Shown: positions 29,466-39,589, counted from the first letter of the stretch. The stretch: 64,000 nucleotides of DNA from Promethearchaeota archaeon (GCA_019058445.1 JAHPZA010000010.1:544001-608000); one strand, 5' to 3'. The notes: generated by a model from the sequence alone, not told the origin. Made by a program: numbers and translations.

Positions 29466-29534
29466 CTAACCTCAACTCAAAATGTTTTTAAATTATTATA
29501 ATTTTATTAAAAACTAAGAAGATACACGGAATTA

Positions 29535-29735
29535 TTATTGTAGTCGAGGAAATTTAAGTAGATCATCAATCAAATCAACATGACTAACAATCATTCTCTT
29601 ACAACAGAACCTTTCAATTCCTAGGCTTTTAAACGCATCTTCAGCACTTTCCCCCTTTTCAATTGCTTCCAAGTAGGGTTTATATATATGTGCAATCAAT
29701 TTCCCGCACGAAAAACATCTTATCGGTATGATCAT
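29535..29735 (-). CDS. rpoN: DNA-directed RNA polymerase subunit N (Rpo10)
   Basis: MIIPIRCFSCGK...RFCCKRM. Confidence 0.97.
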   Translation of the reverse strand: MIIPIRCFSCGKLIAHIYKPYLEAIEKGESAEDAFKSLGIERFCCKRMIVSHVDLIDDLLKFPRLQ

Positions 29736-29975
29736 CTATATTTCTCCTCTTTTTGGTAAATATTTTTTATTAAATCTATTTTTTAGCTATTTTTTAACGA
29801 GATAAAATATAAAGATTAGAATTTAAATAATAAAAACATGCAAACTAAAAAAATTTTTAGGTTTTAAACTATACAAAGCAAAAATTTTATTTGAAATCCT
29901 TTACTTATTTTCTCATTAAAAATCGATGATTAATGATAATATATTTGAATAAAATATATGGAATGAGAAAAAAAA

Positions 29976-30347
29976 ATGAGTTATATTAAATATAAAGTAC
30001 CAGATAAATTAAAAGACCAAATCAAAACCGCGCTAACCACAATAGCAGAAACTAAGGATAGCAAAATTCGTAGAGGTATGAATGAAGTAACAAAATCAAT
30101 TGAGAGAGTTCAAGCAAAGCTTGTTATAATGGCTGAAGATGTATCCCCGCCAGAGATTTTATATCATGTGCCTTTACTTTGTGAAGAAAAAAATGTTCCG
30201 TATGCGTACCTTTCGACGAAAAAGAATTTAGGAAAAGCAGTGAATATTAATGTAGGTTCCTCTTCAATAGCAGTTGAAACTGTTGGGTCCGGAAACGAAA
30301 ATATATTGGCTGATATTTTAAAACAAATTGCGGCATTGAAAAAATAA
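29976..30347 (+). CDS. rpl7ae: 50S ribosomal protein L7Ae (eL8)
   Basis: [37 protein letters not shown]. Confidence 0.96.
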   Translation: MSYIKYKVPDKLKDQIKTALTTIAETKDSKIRRGMNEVTKSIERVQAKLVIMAEDVSPPEILYHVPLLCEEKNVPYAYLSTKKNLGKAVNINVGSSSIAVETVGSGNENILADILKQIAALKK

Positions 30348-30360
30348 TGAGGTGTTTTCT

Positions 30361-30600
30361 TTGGTAAAAATTGAGAAGGGTAAAGGTATTGATATTGAGG
30401 ATATGTCAATACCAGCTGAAGTAATTGACATTATTGGGCGTACAGGACTTACTGGTGAGATTAGTCAGGTAAAAGTTCGTGTTCTAGAGGGAAGAGACAA
30501 AAACAGGATTCTTACCAGGAACTTAAAGGGACCTGTAAGACTTGGAGATATCATCATTCTCAGAGAAGTAGAACGTGAAGCTCGAAAGATTCGAAGATAA
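30361..30600 (+). CDS. rps28e: 30S ribosomal protein S28e (eS28)
   Basis: [22 protein letters not shown]...[12 protein letters not shown]; TTG 30361 after GAGGTG (start uncertain). Confidence 0.95.
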   Translation: MVKIEKGKGIDIEDMSIPAEVIDIIGRTGLTGEISQVKVRVLEGRDKNRILTRNLKGPVRLGDIIILREVEREARKIRR

Positions 30601-30688
30601 TTTCGAACTAAATCCTCCCATAACAAAGTAAAAGTGAAACATAACTATTACAGTTAATTAAAAAAATCAATTTAGAATAAAAGTGGTT

Positions 30689-30895
30689 TTATTCTTCTTT
30701 TTCGAAAAAACCTAATAAATCCAAATTAGTATTATATTCGTCATGAAGAAATTCTCGAAGCGCAGTTCTAATTGCTTCAGATCGAGACGGAATTAATTTT
30801 CTTTTTATAAGCCATTGAATTCTTTTATCATAGAGATCTGGAATATTAATTGTGATGTTTTTCATTGGTATTTTTTTTTTATTATCCTCGTTCAT
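30689..30895 (-). CDS. Ribbon-helix-helix (CopG/Arc/MetJ) DNA-binding protein
   Basis: MKNITINIPD...SRSEAIRTALREFL; GGAG before ATG 30895. Confidence 0.88.
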   Translation of the reverse strand: MNEDNKKKIPMKNITINIPDLYDKRIQWLIKRKLIPSRSEAIRTALREFLHDEYNTNLDLLGFFEKEE

Positions 30896-31209
30896 TTTAA
30901 ATACTCCATTTAGAATACTTATCAAAAGGGAACTCGTTGAGTATATCTAAAGTGCACTAGAACTACAGAGGTTGCCCTGTAATATATTCTTTAATTTTTC
31001 AAATATGATAATAATAATAAGTCGAGCTTATTATTAAATCTAATCTAAGTGTACATTATTTTAATTGTATTTGAATGTAATTGAACGATATCTTTTCATA
31101 TTTATAATTTTACTAAACAAATTTTATTATTAATTAAAATCCATTTCGAGTTGGTAAGATTTTCTCTTAAAATTAAAAATAACGTAAATTCTTAGGAATC
31201 AAGGAAGCG

Positions 31210-31905
31210 TTATAGTCTTTCCTCTTTTTTAATATATCTTCCTCGAGTTTCGATGACAGATATGTTCTTTATTATTGCTTTACACTCATCTGGATTAGCA
31301 TCCAAATAACCATTCTGATAACCCTCAAGAAATGCATTAAAACATAACTTCCAATCTGTACCATGGGATGAGATTAAGACTCTTTTTAGCAAATGCAGAT
31401 CAACACTCTTATCTTCAATTGAATCCGAATACTCATGAAGACCAAAATCAATAAGGAAGATCTCTTCATAATCCGTGATAATAATATTGCTGGTAGTGAT
31501 ATCTCCATGGATATGACCATTTTTATGTAAAAAAGCTATAAAACATCCAATTGTTTCAAAATACTGATGTTTTCTTATATCATCCAGTTCATTTAAAAGA
31601 CCTTTTAACTTTTTTCCATTAATATATTTCATTATTATAGTTGAGCTTGAAATATCTATTTCATAAACTTGAGGTACATTGACTCCGTAATCTTTAACTT
31701 TGATTAGTGCTTTAGCTTCGTTCAGTGTTCGTGCTCTTCGAATGGTTTTATCTAAATCTTCAATACGGTATTTTTTAGGAATACGACATTTAAAAATAAC
31801 CTCTTTACCAAACCAGTGTCCGTAATGAAGGTTTGCTTCAGCGCCTTTACGGATAACTTTTTCTTTTACAATATCAGAACTCATTTTTTTGCTTAAGACC
31901 TCCAT
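31210..31905 (-). CDS. bud32: KEOPS kinase Bud32 (start may be ATG 31884)
   Basis: KGAEA, KCRIPKKYR, RTLNEA, HGDITTSN, IDFGL; adjacent to kae1. Confidence 0.95.
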   Translation of the reverse strand: MEVLSKKMSSDIVKEKVIRKGAEANLHYGHWFGKEVIFKCRIPKKYRIEDLDKTIRRARTLNEAKALIKVKDYGVNVPQVYEIDISSSTIIMKYINGKKLKGLLNELDDIRKHQYFETIGCFIAFLHKNGHIHGDITTSNIIITDYEEIFLIDFGLHEYSDSIEDKSVDLHLLKRVLISSHGTDWKLCFNAFLEGYQNGYLDANPDECKAIIKNISVIETRGRYIKKEERL

Positions 31906-32906
31906 GGGATTGTAATCTGATCCATTCTTTCTTTCGGTTTGATATTAGTTTCAGAGATCTCATGTCCTCCTTCCAATTTATATCTTAAAATTCCCGTCCA
32001 ACCTATCATTGCCCCATTATCTCCGGCAAATTTCAATGGAACTGCAGCAAACTTAGCATTATGTTCATTACTGATATATTCAATCATTTCCTGTAAACGT
32101 TTATTGGCAGCAACCCCTCCCGTTAATAAAACTTCTGTTTTTTCCGTATGTGCTAAAGCACGTTCAGTAACTTCAGTTAACATTGCAAAACACGTTTCTT
32201 GTACTGAATTAGAAACATCATTTAAGCTATATTTGACTCCAAAATCTTTAGATTCAATCAATTTCTTTGCTGCAGTGTAAAGACCGGAAAAAGACAAATC
32301 CATCCCTTTTACTACATAGGGTAAAGAGAGATATTTCGTTGAGGTTAGGGCTAATTTCTCGATCTTAGGGCCTCCTGGATGAGATAACCCCGCATCACGA
32401 GCAAAAGAATCGATCATATTTCCAATTGGTAGATCCAAGGTTTCTCCAAAAATTTGATATCTGCTAGATTCAAAAGCGCTAACAATTGTATTCCCTCCAG
32501 ACACATATAAAGTGAGGGGATCCTCAACATTACACATCAAACGACCAATTTCAATATGGGCAACACAATGATTTACTCCAACAATCGGAATTTTTAATAT
32601 TTGACTAATCATTCGGGCAACTAATGCCCCGATTTTTAGCACAGGTCCTAAACCGGGGCTTTGACTAAAAGCAATTAAATCTATATCCCTAATTGAAAAG
32701 TTCGCCTCTGATAATGCCTTTTCAATTACTTCATAAAAATGATTTACATGTTGCTCTTTTACCTGAACAGGATGCAGACCTCCTTTTTCGGGAACGTATA
32801 TATCATTAACAATACTATAAACCTTCCCCTCAAAATCAACAATCCCAACTCCAAAAGTATGGGCAGTACTTTCTATTCCAAGGCAGATTTTTTTATTGAA
32901 TTTCAT
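31893..32906 (-). CDS. kae1: KEOPS tRNA t6A synthase Kae1
   Basis: LGIESTAHT, VNHCVAHIEIG, LYVSGGNT, GETLD, GGVAAN, DNGAMI. Confidence 0.97.
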   Translation of the reverse strand: MKFNKKICLGIESTAHTFGVGIVDFEGKVYSIVNDIYVPEKGGLHPVQVKEQHVNHFYEVIEKALSEANFSIRDIDLIAFSQSPGLGPVLKIGALVARMISQILKIPIVGVNHCVAHIEIGRLMCNVEDPLTLYVSGGNTIVSAFESSRYQIFGETLDLPIGNMIDSFARDAGLSHPGGPKIEKLALTSTKYLSLPYVVKGMDLSFSGLYTAAKKLIESKDFGVKYSLNDVSNSVQETCFAMLTEVTERALAHTEKTEVLLTGGVAANKRLQEMIEYISNEHNAKFAAVPLKFAGDNGAMIGWTGILRYKLEGGHEISETNIKPKERMDQITIPWRS

Positions 32907-33016
32907 ATGTTTTCTCAGTTTAGATAAGTAAAGAGGATTTTTATTTTTAGAAGGAGAATGAGATTACTTATAGAGAAATAAAAGAAATATAAATTTACAC
33001 TCGTATTCTTCAGAGC

Positions 33017-33247
33017 CTACATTGATTTAGTGCGCTTTCGGGGTGTTCTCTTTTTAGCACCCCTAGGCCCTGAGGCACCAGCACCTTTCTTTCCCTTTCT
33101 TTTGAATACAGTGTAGCCACATTTTCCACAAGACGATCTATCATAATGGTTTGCAAGAAAATATCCGACACCGCATTTCGGACATGTCCTATGGGTTCTT
33201 ATTAATTTATCTCCCTCAATGGTATAATATTTTGAAGCATCAGTCAT
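33017..33247 (-). CDS. rps27ae: 30S ribosomal protein S27ae (eS31) with basic C-terminal extension
   Basis: [20 protein letters not shown]. Confidence 0.95.
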   Translation of the reverse strand: MTDASKYYTIEGDKLIRTHRTCPKCGVGYFLANHYDRSSCGKCGYTVFKRKGKKGAGASGPRGAKKRTPRKRTKSM

Positions 33248-33276
33248 AAAATATCATCAAATATGAATTTATTTTT

Positions 33277-33630
33277 TTATTCATTAAAAAGATGTTTATA
33301 GGCTTCTTTCTTCCTTTTTAAGTTATATATCTCAGTTCGCTTATCTTTAGGTAGATTTCTGACTCTAATGTGGAAGGGCTCAAAAAATTCAAGATCTTTT
33401 TGATTATTATATATATAAACTTTGCCTATATCTTCAGTAGCACCAAAATGGGTCTTGATTTTTTTAATGATGGTAAGATTTTCATCTGAGGTTTTCAACC
33501 CGGCAACTTTCTTTTTAAGATCAAGTCGATTAGGGGTCCCCTTTCCAAAATGATTAATTTTGATTTGTAACTCAAGTCGATCTATCAATGGATTCTTTTT
33601 TTCTTGTAAAATTTCAATATCGAAAGACAT
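33277..33630 (-). CDS. rps24e: 30S ribosomal protein S24e (eS24)
   Basis: KKNPLIDR, GTPNR, IKTHFG; canonical synteny. Confidence 0.93.
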   Translation of the reverse strand: MSFDIEILQEKKNPLIDRLELQIKINHFGKGTPNRLDLKKKVAGLKTSDENLTIIKKIKTHFGATEDIGKVYIYNNQKDLEFFEPFHIRVRNLPKDKRTEIYNLKRKKEAYKHLFNE

Positions 33631-33716
33631 CGTAAACCTATAAAATTTTAATTACACTTATCTAAATTAAAGGAAGATTCAAAATAAAATTTTGCTTTTT
33701 AGATTCATACTTTAGT

Positions 33717-34313
33717 CTACGATTTTTCCATTAACTCAATGTATTTTTTAACGCCCTGTTGTATAGTCTTATTAACTCTTACCATTACTATTCCTTCTGG
33801 AATCGTATGTTTTGAATCTGTTATTGGAGGTTGCCCATAAAACACAAAATTTTTTATGTTTTTCTCAGGTGAAATTTCTAATACAAGGGGAAGAACTAAG
33901 AGATCCTCTTCACCTTCTGTTATTTTAAGCACCGTTCTTTTGTTAGACAACACAATTTTACGTAATAGGGTCCAACTTTCTTTAGGTATGCTCCCTGTCG
34001 GGCTTTGAAACTCAATAATCTCTTCAAAAAAATCCTCATATTCAAGATTAATGCGATTTCTTTGCGTTTTTTCATCTATAATACACAGTTTAATAAAAGG
34101 CTTTAAGAAAGAGTTTGCCAAGAAATCTTGAGTTACGATATCTCCTACTAAATAAACATTGATTAGAGAGCTTTTTCTTACGAGAGCTTTAAAATAGGTT
34201 TCAATTTCTAATATTGTGTCCTCTCTTTTACCGGCAATTAATTTGCCTAGTGGTTGAGAGAATTCATGTCTCTTGTTCTCTGGAAGGCTTAGATTATCAT
34301 CCATGTTTTCCAA
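33717..34313 (-). CDS. DUF359 / GTP-dependent dephospho-CoA kinase
   Basis: VGDIVT, IIDEKTQR, GEEDLLVLP, YGQP; canonical position between spt4 and rps24e. Confidence 0.9.
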   Translation of the reverse strand: MENMDDNLSLPENKRHEFSQPLGKLIAGKREDTILEIETYFKALVRKSSLINVYLVGDIVTQDFLANSFLKPFIKLCIIDEKTQRNRINLEYEDFFEEIIEFQSPTGSIPKESWTLLRKIVLSNKRTVLKITEGEEDLLVLPLVLEISPEKNIKNFVFYGQPPITDSKHTIPEGIVMVRVNKTIQQGVKKYIELMEKS

Positions 34314-34339
34314 TATTAGGATATATCTTTAAAAATAAA

Positions 34340-34531
34340 TTAACGAACTCGTAGTGCATATTTTCCTGGGACTCCAACCTTTAGATATTCTGCAATCTTT
34401 GACATCTGAGGTTTGAGGATAATAACTTCACCGTGGTAATCATCACTTAAAGTATGAGTTTTACACTTGGGGCAGATAGTATCGTTTTTCGTAATAATAT
34501 GGCAGGTTTTACATGCTTTTTCCTTTGTCAC
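34340..34531 (-). CDS. spt4: Transcription elongation factor Spt4 (RpoE'')
   Basis: KACKTC...CPKC...SKIA..PGKYALRVR. Confidence 0.95.
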   Translation of the reverse strand: MTKEKACKTCHIITKNDTICPKCKTHTLSDDYHGEVIILKPQMSKIAEYLKVGVPGKYALRVR

Positions 34532-34554
34532 TTAACTCACCTCTGAATTTTAAT

Positions 34555-35154
34555 TTAGCTTTTCTTCTTACTATCCTTTTTTGTGGTATCATCATCTTCA
34601 TCAGCTGATAAATCATCTTCAAGATCTTGTTCAATCCAATCATATTTTCCCAAAAATTTCTGCCTCATTGTCAATCCAAGCTTACCGCTACGACCAGTTC
34701 CTAATGACACAGCTATTACTCTTGCTCTTACAAGATCATTTACCTCGAGAATTTTTCCTGTCTCTTTTCCAATAAACCTATTCCCTACAGCCTCATAGGC
34801 AATATAGTCATCACAAATCTGAGAAACGTGAACCAATCCATCCAGTGGACCAAGACGGATGAATGCGCCGAAATCAACTATTTCCACAATATCACCCTCT
34901 ATCACTTCAGAAATTGACGGTTTGAAAGCAAGAATTGTAAATTCACAATTATGGAATGTATTGGCATTCCCAGGAATGATCACACCAGGTCCAACGTCAA
35001 GAACATCAACCACAGCTATGATAAATCCATATTCCTTAGTGATAATCCCCTCATAATCTTCAGCTAATATTATCCTAGCGCTTACGGTCTTAGGCTGATC
35101 AAATAAGAAAGGCGGGATTTCAATACGTCCTTCGATGGTTATCAGCTTAAACAT
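34555..35154 (-). CDS. rpoE1: DNA-directed RNA polymerase subunit E' (Rpo7)
   Basis: IPP, S1 domain FGAFIRLGPLDGLVHVSQI, LGLTMRQ..LGK. Confidence 0.96.
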   Translation of the reverse strand: MFKLITIEGRIEIPPFLFDQPKTVSARIILAEDYEGIITKEYGFIIAVVDVLDVGPGVIIPGNANTFHNCEFTILAFKPSISEVIEGDIVEIVDFGAFIRLGPLDGLVHVSQICDDYIAYEAVGNRFIGKETGKILEVNDLVRARVIAVSLGTGRSGKLGLTMRQKFLGKYDWIEQDLEDDLSADEDDDTTKKDSKKKS

Positions 35155-35309
35155 TTTATATCAGTTCCTTGTTCTGAGCGTTTTACTCAAAATTTACTTA
35201 TTTAATTTAAATCTAATAGAATTTAAAATTTAGATATAGTTGAAAATGCATAATAGAATTAATATTTTGTGGTTTTTCTAATTACTTTAAGTCAAAAAGG
35301 GAGGATAAC

Positions 35310-35678
35310 TTAAATTAATTTTGCTATTTTTTCACAAGTCCTTTTACAATCTAAGAATATCAGACCGAGTCTCACATCCTTTGTAGTTGAAACTGTTAAA
35401 ACTGCATTTTGACCTGCTGATAAAACAAGTAAATACCCATTAGATCCTCTTACATATACTTGTTCAAATTCTCCTTTACTCATCTCGAGTGCAGCCCTTT
35501 CTGCTAAACTTAGAAGCGCAGCAGTCATGGCAGCTATTCTGGTTTCATCAACATCTTGGGGTAATGCTGAAGCAATGGGTAAGCCTTCCACAGATACAAT
35601 TGCGGCAGCTTTTACTTCTGGAATTGCAGCTAATAATTTTTTAAGAATAGTATCTAAAGACTCGGGAGTTGACTCCAT
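35310..35678 (-). CDS. Roadblock/LC7 (MglB-like) protein
   Basis: AAAIVSVEGLPIASALP..VDETRIAAMTAALLSLAER...EQVYVRG..LGLIFLD. Confidence 0.93.
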   Translation of the reverse strand: MESTPESLDTILKKLLAAIPEVKAAAIVSVEGLPIASALPQDVDETRIAAMTAALLSLAERAALEMSKGEFEQVYVRGSNGYLLVLSAGQNAVLTVSTTKDVRLGLIFLDCKRTCEKIAKLI

Positions 35679-35857
35679 AGTAAGGTCTTACTCACAAATT
35701 AATTTGGGATAGTAAATATATTTTTTTATTGTTTATAATACTTTTAATTTTTTACCTTTTATTTAATTAATTCTAAAATTAATCATATTTAATTTTTTAG
35801 CTTTTTTATTTTAAAGTTTTTATTGATGATTTAACAATAATCATAATCTAATCATAG

Positions 35858-36976
35858 CTACTTTTTATGTTTATTTTTATGGGGTTTCATCATTTCTTCG
35901 CCAGTAGTATCTGGTAAATCTTCTACAGCTTCAATATCAACTTCTGCTTTCTTATATGATATCGAGGGTTTTGATTCATCAAAAGGTGCATTACACACCC
36001 AACAAGCATTTTCTAAGTTTGTTAACGCCTCCACACATTTTTTACAATAGCGTACATCACATTTAGAACAAGTAAATATATTAAACCTAGTTAATTTTCC
36101 TTTACAAACAATGCAAATTCTCTGTTCGCGAAATAGTAATATTTCTTCGGGGCTAATTTCCAATGGCCTAGATTTGGATAACGTCTCAATAAATGAAATT
36201 CGAGCATCCATATCCCTAAGTTTCACTCTTTGTTCTCTTTTAAATTTAATTTCTTCTCTTTCTGATACTTCTTCTTCTTTTAATCCGATATACCATAACC
36301 AAAAACAGATAATTAAGGTAAATCGAATTATAACCAATGCAATGTGCAAAGAAATATACGTTTCTAAAACAAAACAGGTAACATAAGTGAGGTATCCTAT
36401 TGATAGTAATAAGAATTTTCTCCGGATCATTCCAGTTGATTGAATACTTTTGAATAAATATCCAAGACCATTGAAAATTAACAATGAGAAAAGAAAAATA
36501 ATTGATATTAAAAATAGTGGGGTTCCATAATTCACTTGGGTATCGATTACATCTTCACCAGGTTTATCGGGATAAGTAAAAGTAAAAGAACTCATGGGGC
36601 CTAAGAAGAGGAGTATTTCCCATAAAACTCCTAAAACTATAAACACCGAAACGAGATACCATTTTTTTTTGGGGATCAAAAGTTCTGCTCCTACATATAG
36701 TCCAAAGATGGTAGCTGGAGCCGCACTAAAACCACTTAATTTCCCAACTAAAGCATAACGATTATCTAAATTTCTGCCAGTTAGAATAATACTTAAGAAA
36801 TCACAACATGGTCCCAAAATAAGAAGTCCTGCAAAAAATATCGTTAATCCCATGTGTGTTAGGAGCGGAGCTTTCAATTTTCGAGATCTATAAACAATTA
36901 TTAGTCCAAAAGAACAACCAAAAATCGTATATCCTAAAGCACTCATGCCATTTAGCCAACCTGAAAAAGACAACAA
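35858..36976 (-). CDS. 7TM membrane protein with C-terminal C4C4 RING-like zinc finger
   Basis: Seven hydrophobic segments, then CIVC-x11-CSKC-x4-CKKC-x10-CWVC. Confidence 0.78.
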   Translation of the reverse strand: MLSFSGWLNGMSALGYTIFGCSFGLIIVYRSRKLKAPLLTHMGLTIFFAGLLILGPCCDFLSIILTGRNLDNRYALVGKLSGFSAAPATIFGLYVGAELLIPKKKWYLVSVFIVLGVLWEILLFLGPMSSFTFTYPDKPGEDVIDTQVNYGTPLFLISIIFLFSLLIFNGLGYLFKSIQSTGMIRRKFLLLSIGYLTYVTCFVLETYISLHIALVIIRFTLIICFWLWYIGLKEEEVSEREEIKFKREQRVKLRDMDARISFIETLSKSRPLEISPEEILLFREQRICIVCKGKLTRFNIFTCSKCDVRYCKKCVEALTNLENACWVCNAPFDESKPSISYKKAEVDIEAVEDLPDTTGEEMMKPHKNKHKK

Positions 36977-37258
36977 TTAAAATTCACGTCTAATTGGATA
37001 AATTTGTAAAATTTCGCCTTAATGAATTATAGTACTAAATATATTTTATAATTATGATCAAGACAATTTTAGTTAATTAATACATAATTCCTACATATAA
37101 ATGTATTTAGTGATCTTTTAAAAGACTTAAATTCTATAACATGTCATTAATACCTAACCAATGAGTAGTTATTTGATAAAATTTAATATTTATCGATATT
37201 TTTCAAAAGAAATAAAATAACTATAGATTCGGTAATAACAATCACATATTTCGAGTTT

Positions 37259-38395
37259 TTGATTTTTTTTTATGATTTGATTTTTACACTTTTTTTCTTT
37301 ATCCTAGCTTTTTGTATGTTTTTTATAGGATTCAAAGGTCATAAGGTCCAAAATCATTATGGTGGTATATCTACAATTATTTGTGGAATCTTACTTATTT
37401 TGATGGGATTATATCATCATTTTTTTGGATTATTTTTATATCCCTACATTGGCTTTACTGTATGGTGGATTGGAATAATACTTAGCCTCAATTTAATTTT
37501 TGGATTCATTGTTAGAGGGGAATTAAAAAAAATGGAGGTTAAAAATCAAAAAGAAGATAATGGAGAAACCCAAGCTACTCGAAAAACATCGTTACAGAAA
37601 TTTATTGTAATGATGACTCAGGAAAATCCCTATCAAGATAATATTTCTCTTAAAATGGAAGCTGTTAGAAAAAGCTTTCATTTATGGGGTATTTTATTTA
37701 TACTCGCTTATTTTGGATTCTTTTTTATACTCCCATTAGCTGATATGACTAATCGAAATGTAATTGATTTTATTAAAGAAACTGAATGGCTCTATAACAT
37801 AATATGGGGAGATATAGATCAATATCCTTATACAAAAAAAGATTTTCAAGCAGTTATTGATATTACTATGTGGGCTTTAGTGAGTGCCTTATTTTTCACT
37901 ATTATTCCAGACATAATTCGAGTGGTATGGGGGCCAGAATATTCATTTTTAAATTTTGTAACAAAGCCAGTTCTAAGAAATAAAGAACATAATTCAATTG
38001 GTCCTCAGATCTTTTTACTTATAGGAGTTTCATTTTCATATATGCTCTATATCATGGGACTCGTCAATGTCTTAGTGGTATTTACCGGAATATTAATTGC
38101 CTGTTTTTCAGATGCATTAGCAGCAATAGCGGGGAGGTTTTATGGAAATCATAAGGTGAAATGTATTGGCGGGGATATCAAATCGGTTGAAGGTTTTATA
38201 GCAGGCACTTTTAGTGCTTTTTTAATTGGCTTGATTTTAGTGGGTCCTATCTATGCTCTATTAGCAGCCCTTATTTTTTTCTTATTGGATTTCTTTCCTA
38301 CTTATATTGCAGATAATATTTTAAATCCTATTATAATAGTGTTGGCCATTCATTTTGGGATTTTATTATTGGGAATTCCTATTGGATGGCACTAA
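37259..38395 (+). CDS. CTP-dependent polyprenol/diacylglycerol kinase family (SEC59/DGK1/VTE5-like)
   Basis: RKSFH, SDALAAIAGRFYG, KSVEGF, DNILNP; polytopic. Confidence 0.85.
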   Translation: MIFFYDLIFTLFFFILAFCMFFIGFKGHKVQNHYGGISTIICGILLILMGLYHHFFGLFLYPYIGFTVWWIGIILSLNLIFGFIVRGELKKMEVKNQKEDNGETQATRKTSLQKFIVMMTQENPYQDNISLKMEAVRKSFHLWGILFILAYFGFFFILPLADMTNRNVIDFIKETEWLYNIIWGDIDQYPYTKKDFQAVIDITMWALVSALFFTIIPDIIRVVWGPEYSFLNFVTKPVLRNKEHNSIGPQIFLLIGVSFSYMLYIMGLVNVLVVFTGILIACFSDALAAIAGRFYGNHKVKCIGGDIKSVEGFIAGTFSAFLIGLILVGPIYALLAALIFFLLDFFPTYIADNILNPIIIVLAIHFGILLLGIPIGWH

Positions 38396-38461
38396 ATCAC
38401 TATTAAAATATAACTTAAGATAATACAAAAAGATATATATTATATCTTCAAAAGTTGTATT

Positions 38462-39589
38462 ATGGCGAATAATAATTCTGATCAATCACCTACAATCCCT
38501 CCAGAACTCTTGTGGATGGAAAATTGGTGGGCAAATGATCACAAGATGCAGAGGTTTCCAATTCCCTATCCCAAAAAGGAAGTATTTCGATGGTTTATTA
38601 ATCATATATTTGGTCCCTCAAAAAGACGTAAAAAAAAATATAGTTTCATACCATATAAATCCACTTTAAATGAAATATCGACAGTCAATTATAGGATTGG
38701 TTTTGTGGGTGATATTATGAAAATGTTTCAATATGACCTTATATTCGACCAACCGGTAATAGATTTTTTTAAACCAGTTGATTTACTTGTAGGAAATTTA
38801 GAAGGAATAATAACATTACAACCAGGATTCATTGCTGCCCAAAGACATAACAAAGAAATAATTCAACAATTAGAAACGGTAAAACCCGCTAATAAATGGC
38901 TTTTATGCTTGAGTAATAATCATAGTGGTGATTTTGGTCTTGCAGATTTTGTATTACATTTAGATCGATTGCGACTTAACGGTTTTAATGTATTTGGACG
39001 AAAAGATAAGCCAAATTATATCCATGAAAATAGATTAAATTTTGTCTCTGGAACGATGTGGACAAATCAGAATGGTTGTAAATATGTTGCTTGTTTTGAA
39101 GAGATAGAAGACCACTATCTTAACAATCCTGGTGTGTTTAACATTTTATATCCACATTGGTATTATGAATATGAGCTATATCCTCGAATAAAAATTAAAA
39201 ATGGAGCAGAAAAGCTCCTTGAAACATGGGATTTAATTTGTGGACACCATCCTCATGTGGTACAGCCCATAACAAAAGTAAAGAAAGCAAATATCAATAA
39301 GTTATTGGCGTATTCGGCTGGTAATTTTGCTGCGGGTCTTGAAGTGAATGCCCATAAATATGGGTTGATAATGAAATGTGAAATTGGACCATTACAATCA
39401 GATTCTTCAAAATTAGCTGTTGGAAAAGTTGAGTGGAAGTTTACTTTTAATGATAATGATATTGATGAAAATAAAGAAAAATATGTAAAGTTCAAAAAAA
39501 ACATGCCTAAACCTGAAGAAGGCCCCGTTATGTTAGTGAAGATTGTAGAGGAAAATGAATTTTTTCCACATATAAATTTTATGGATTAA
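38462..39589 (+). CDS. CapA-family metallophosphoesterase
   Basis: VGDIM, GNLEG, NNHSGDFG, HW..EY, GHHPHVVQP, YSAGNF. Confidence 0.88.
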   Translation: MANNNSDQSPTIPPELLWMENWWANDHKMQRFPIPYPKKEVFRWFINHIFGPSKRRKKKYSFIPYKSTLNEISTVNYRIGFVGDIMKMFQYDLIFDQPVIDFFKPVDLLVGNLEGIITLQPGFIAAQRHNKEIIQQLETVKPANKWLLCLSNNHSGDFGLADFVLHLDRLRLNGFNVFGRKDKPNYIHENRLNFVSGTMWTNQNGCKYVACFEEIEDHYLNNPGVFNILYPHWYYEYELYPRIKIKNGAEKLLETWDLICGHHPHVVQPITKVKKANINKLLAYSAGNFAAGLEVNAHKYGLIMKCEIGPLQSDSSKLAVGKVEWKFTFNDNDIDENKEKYVKFKKNMPKPEEGPVMLVKIVEENEFFPHINFMD

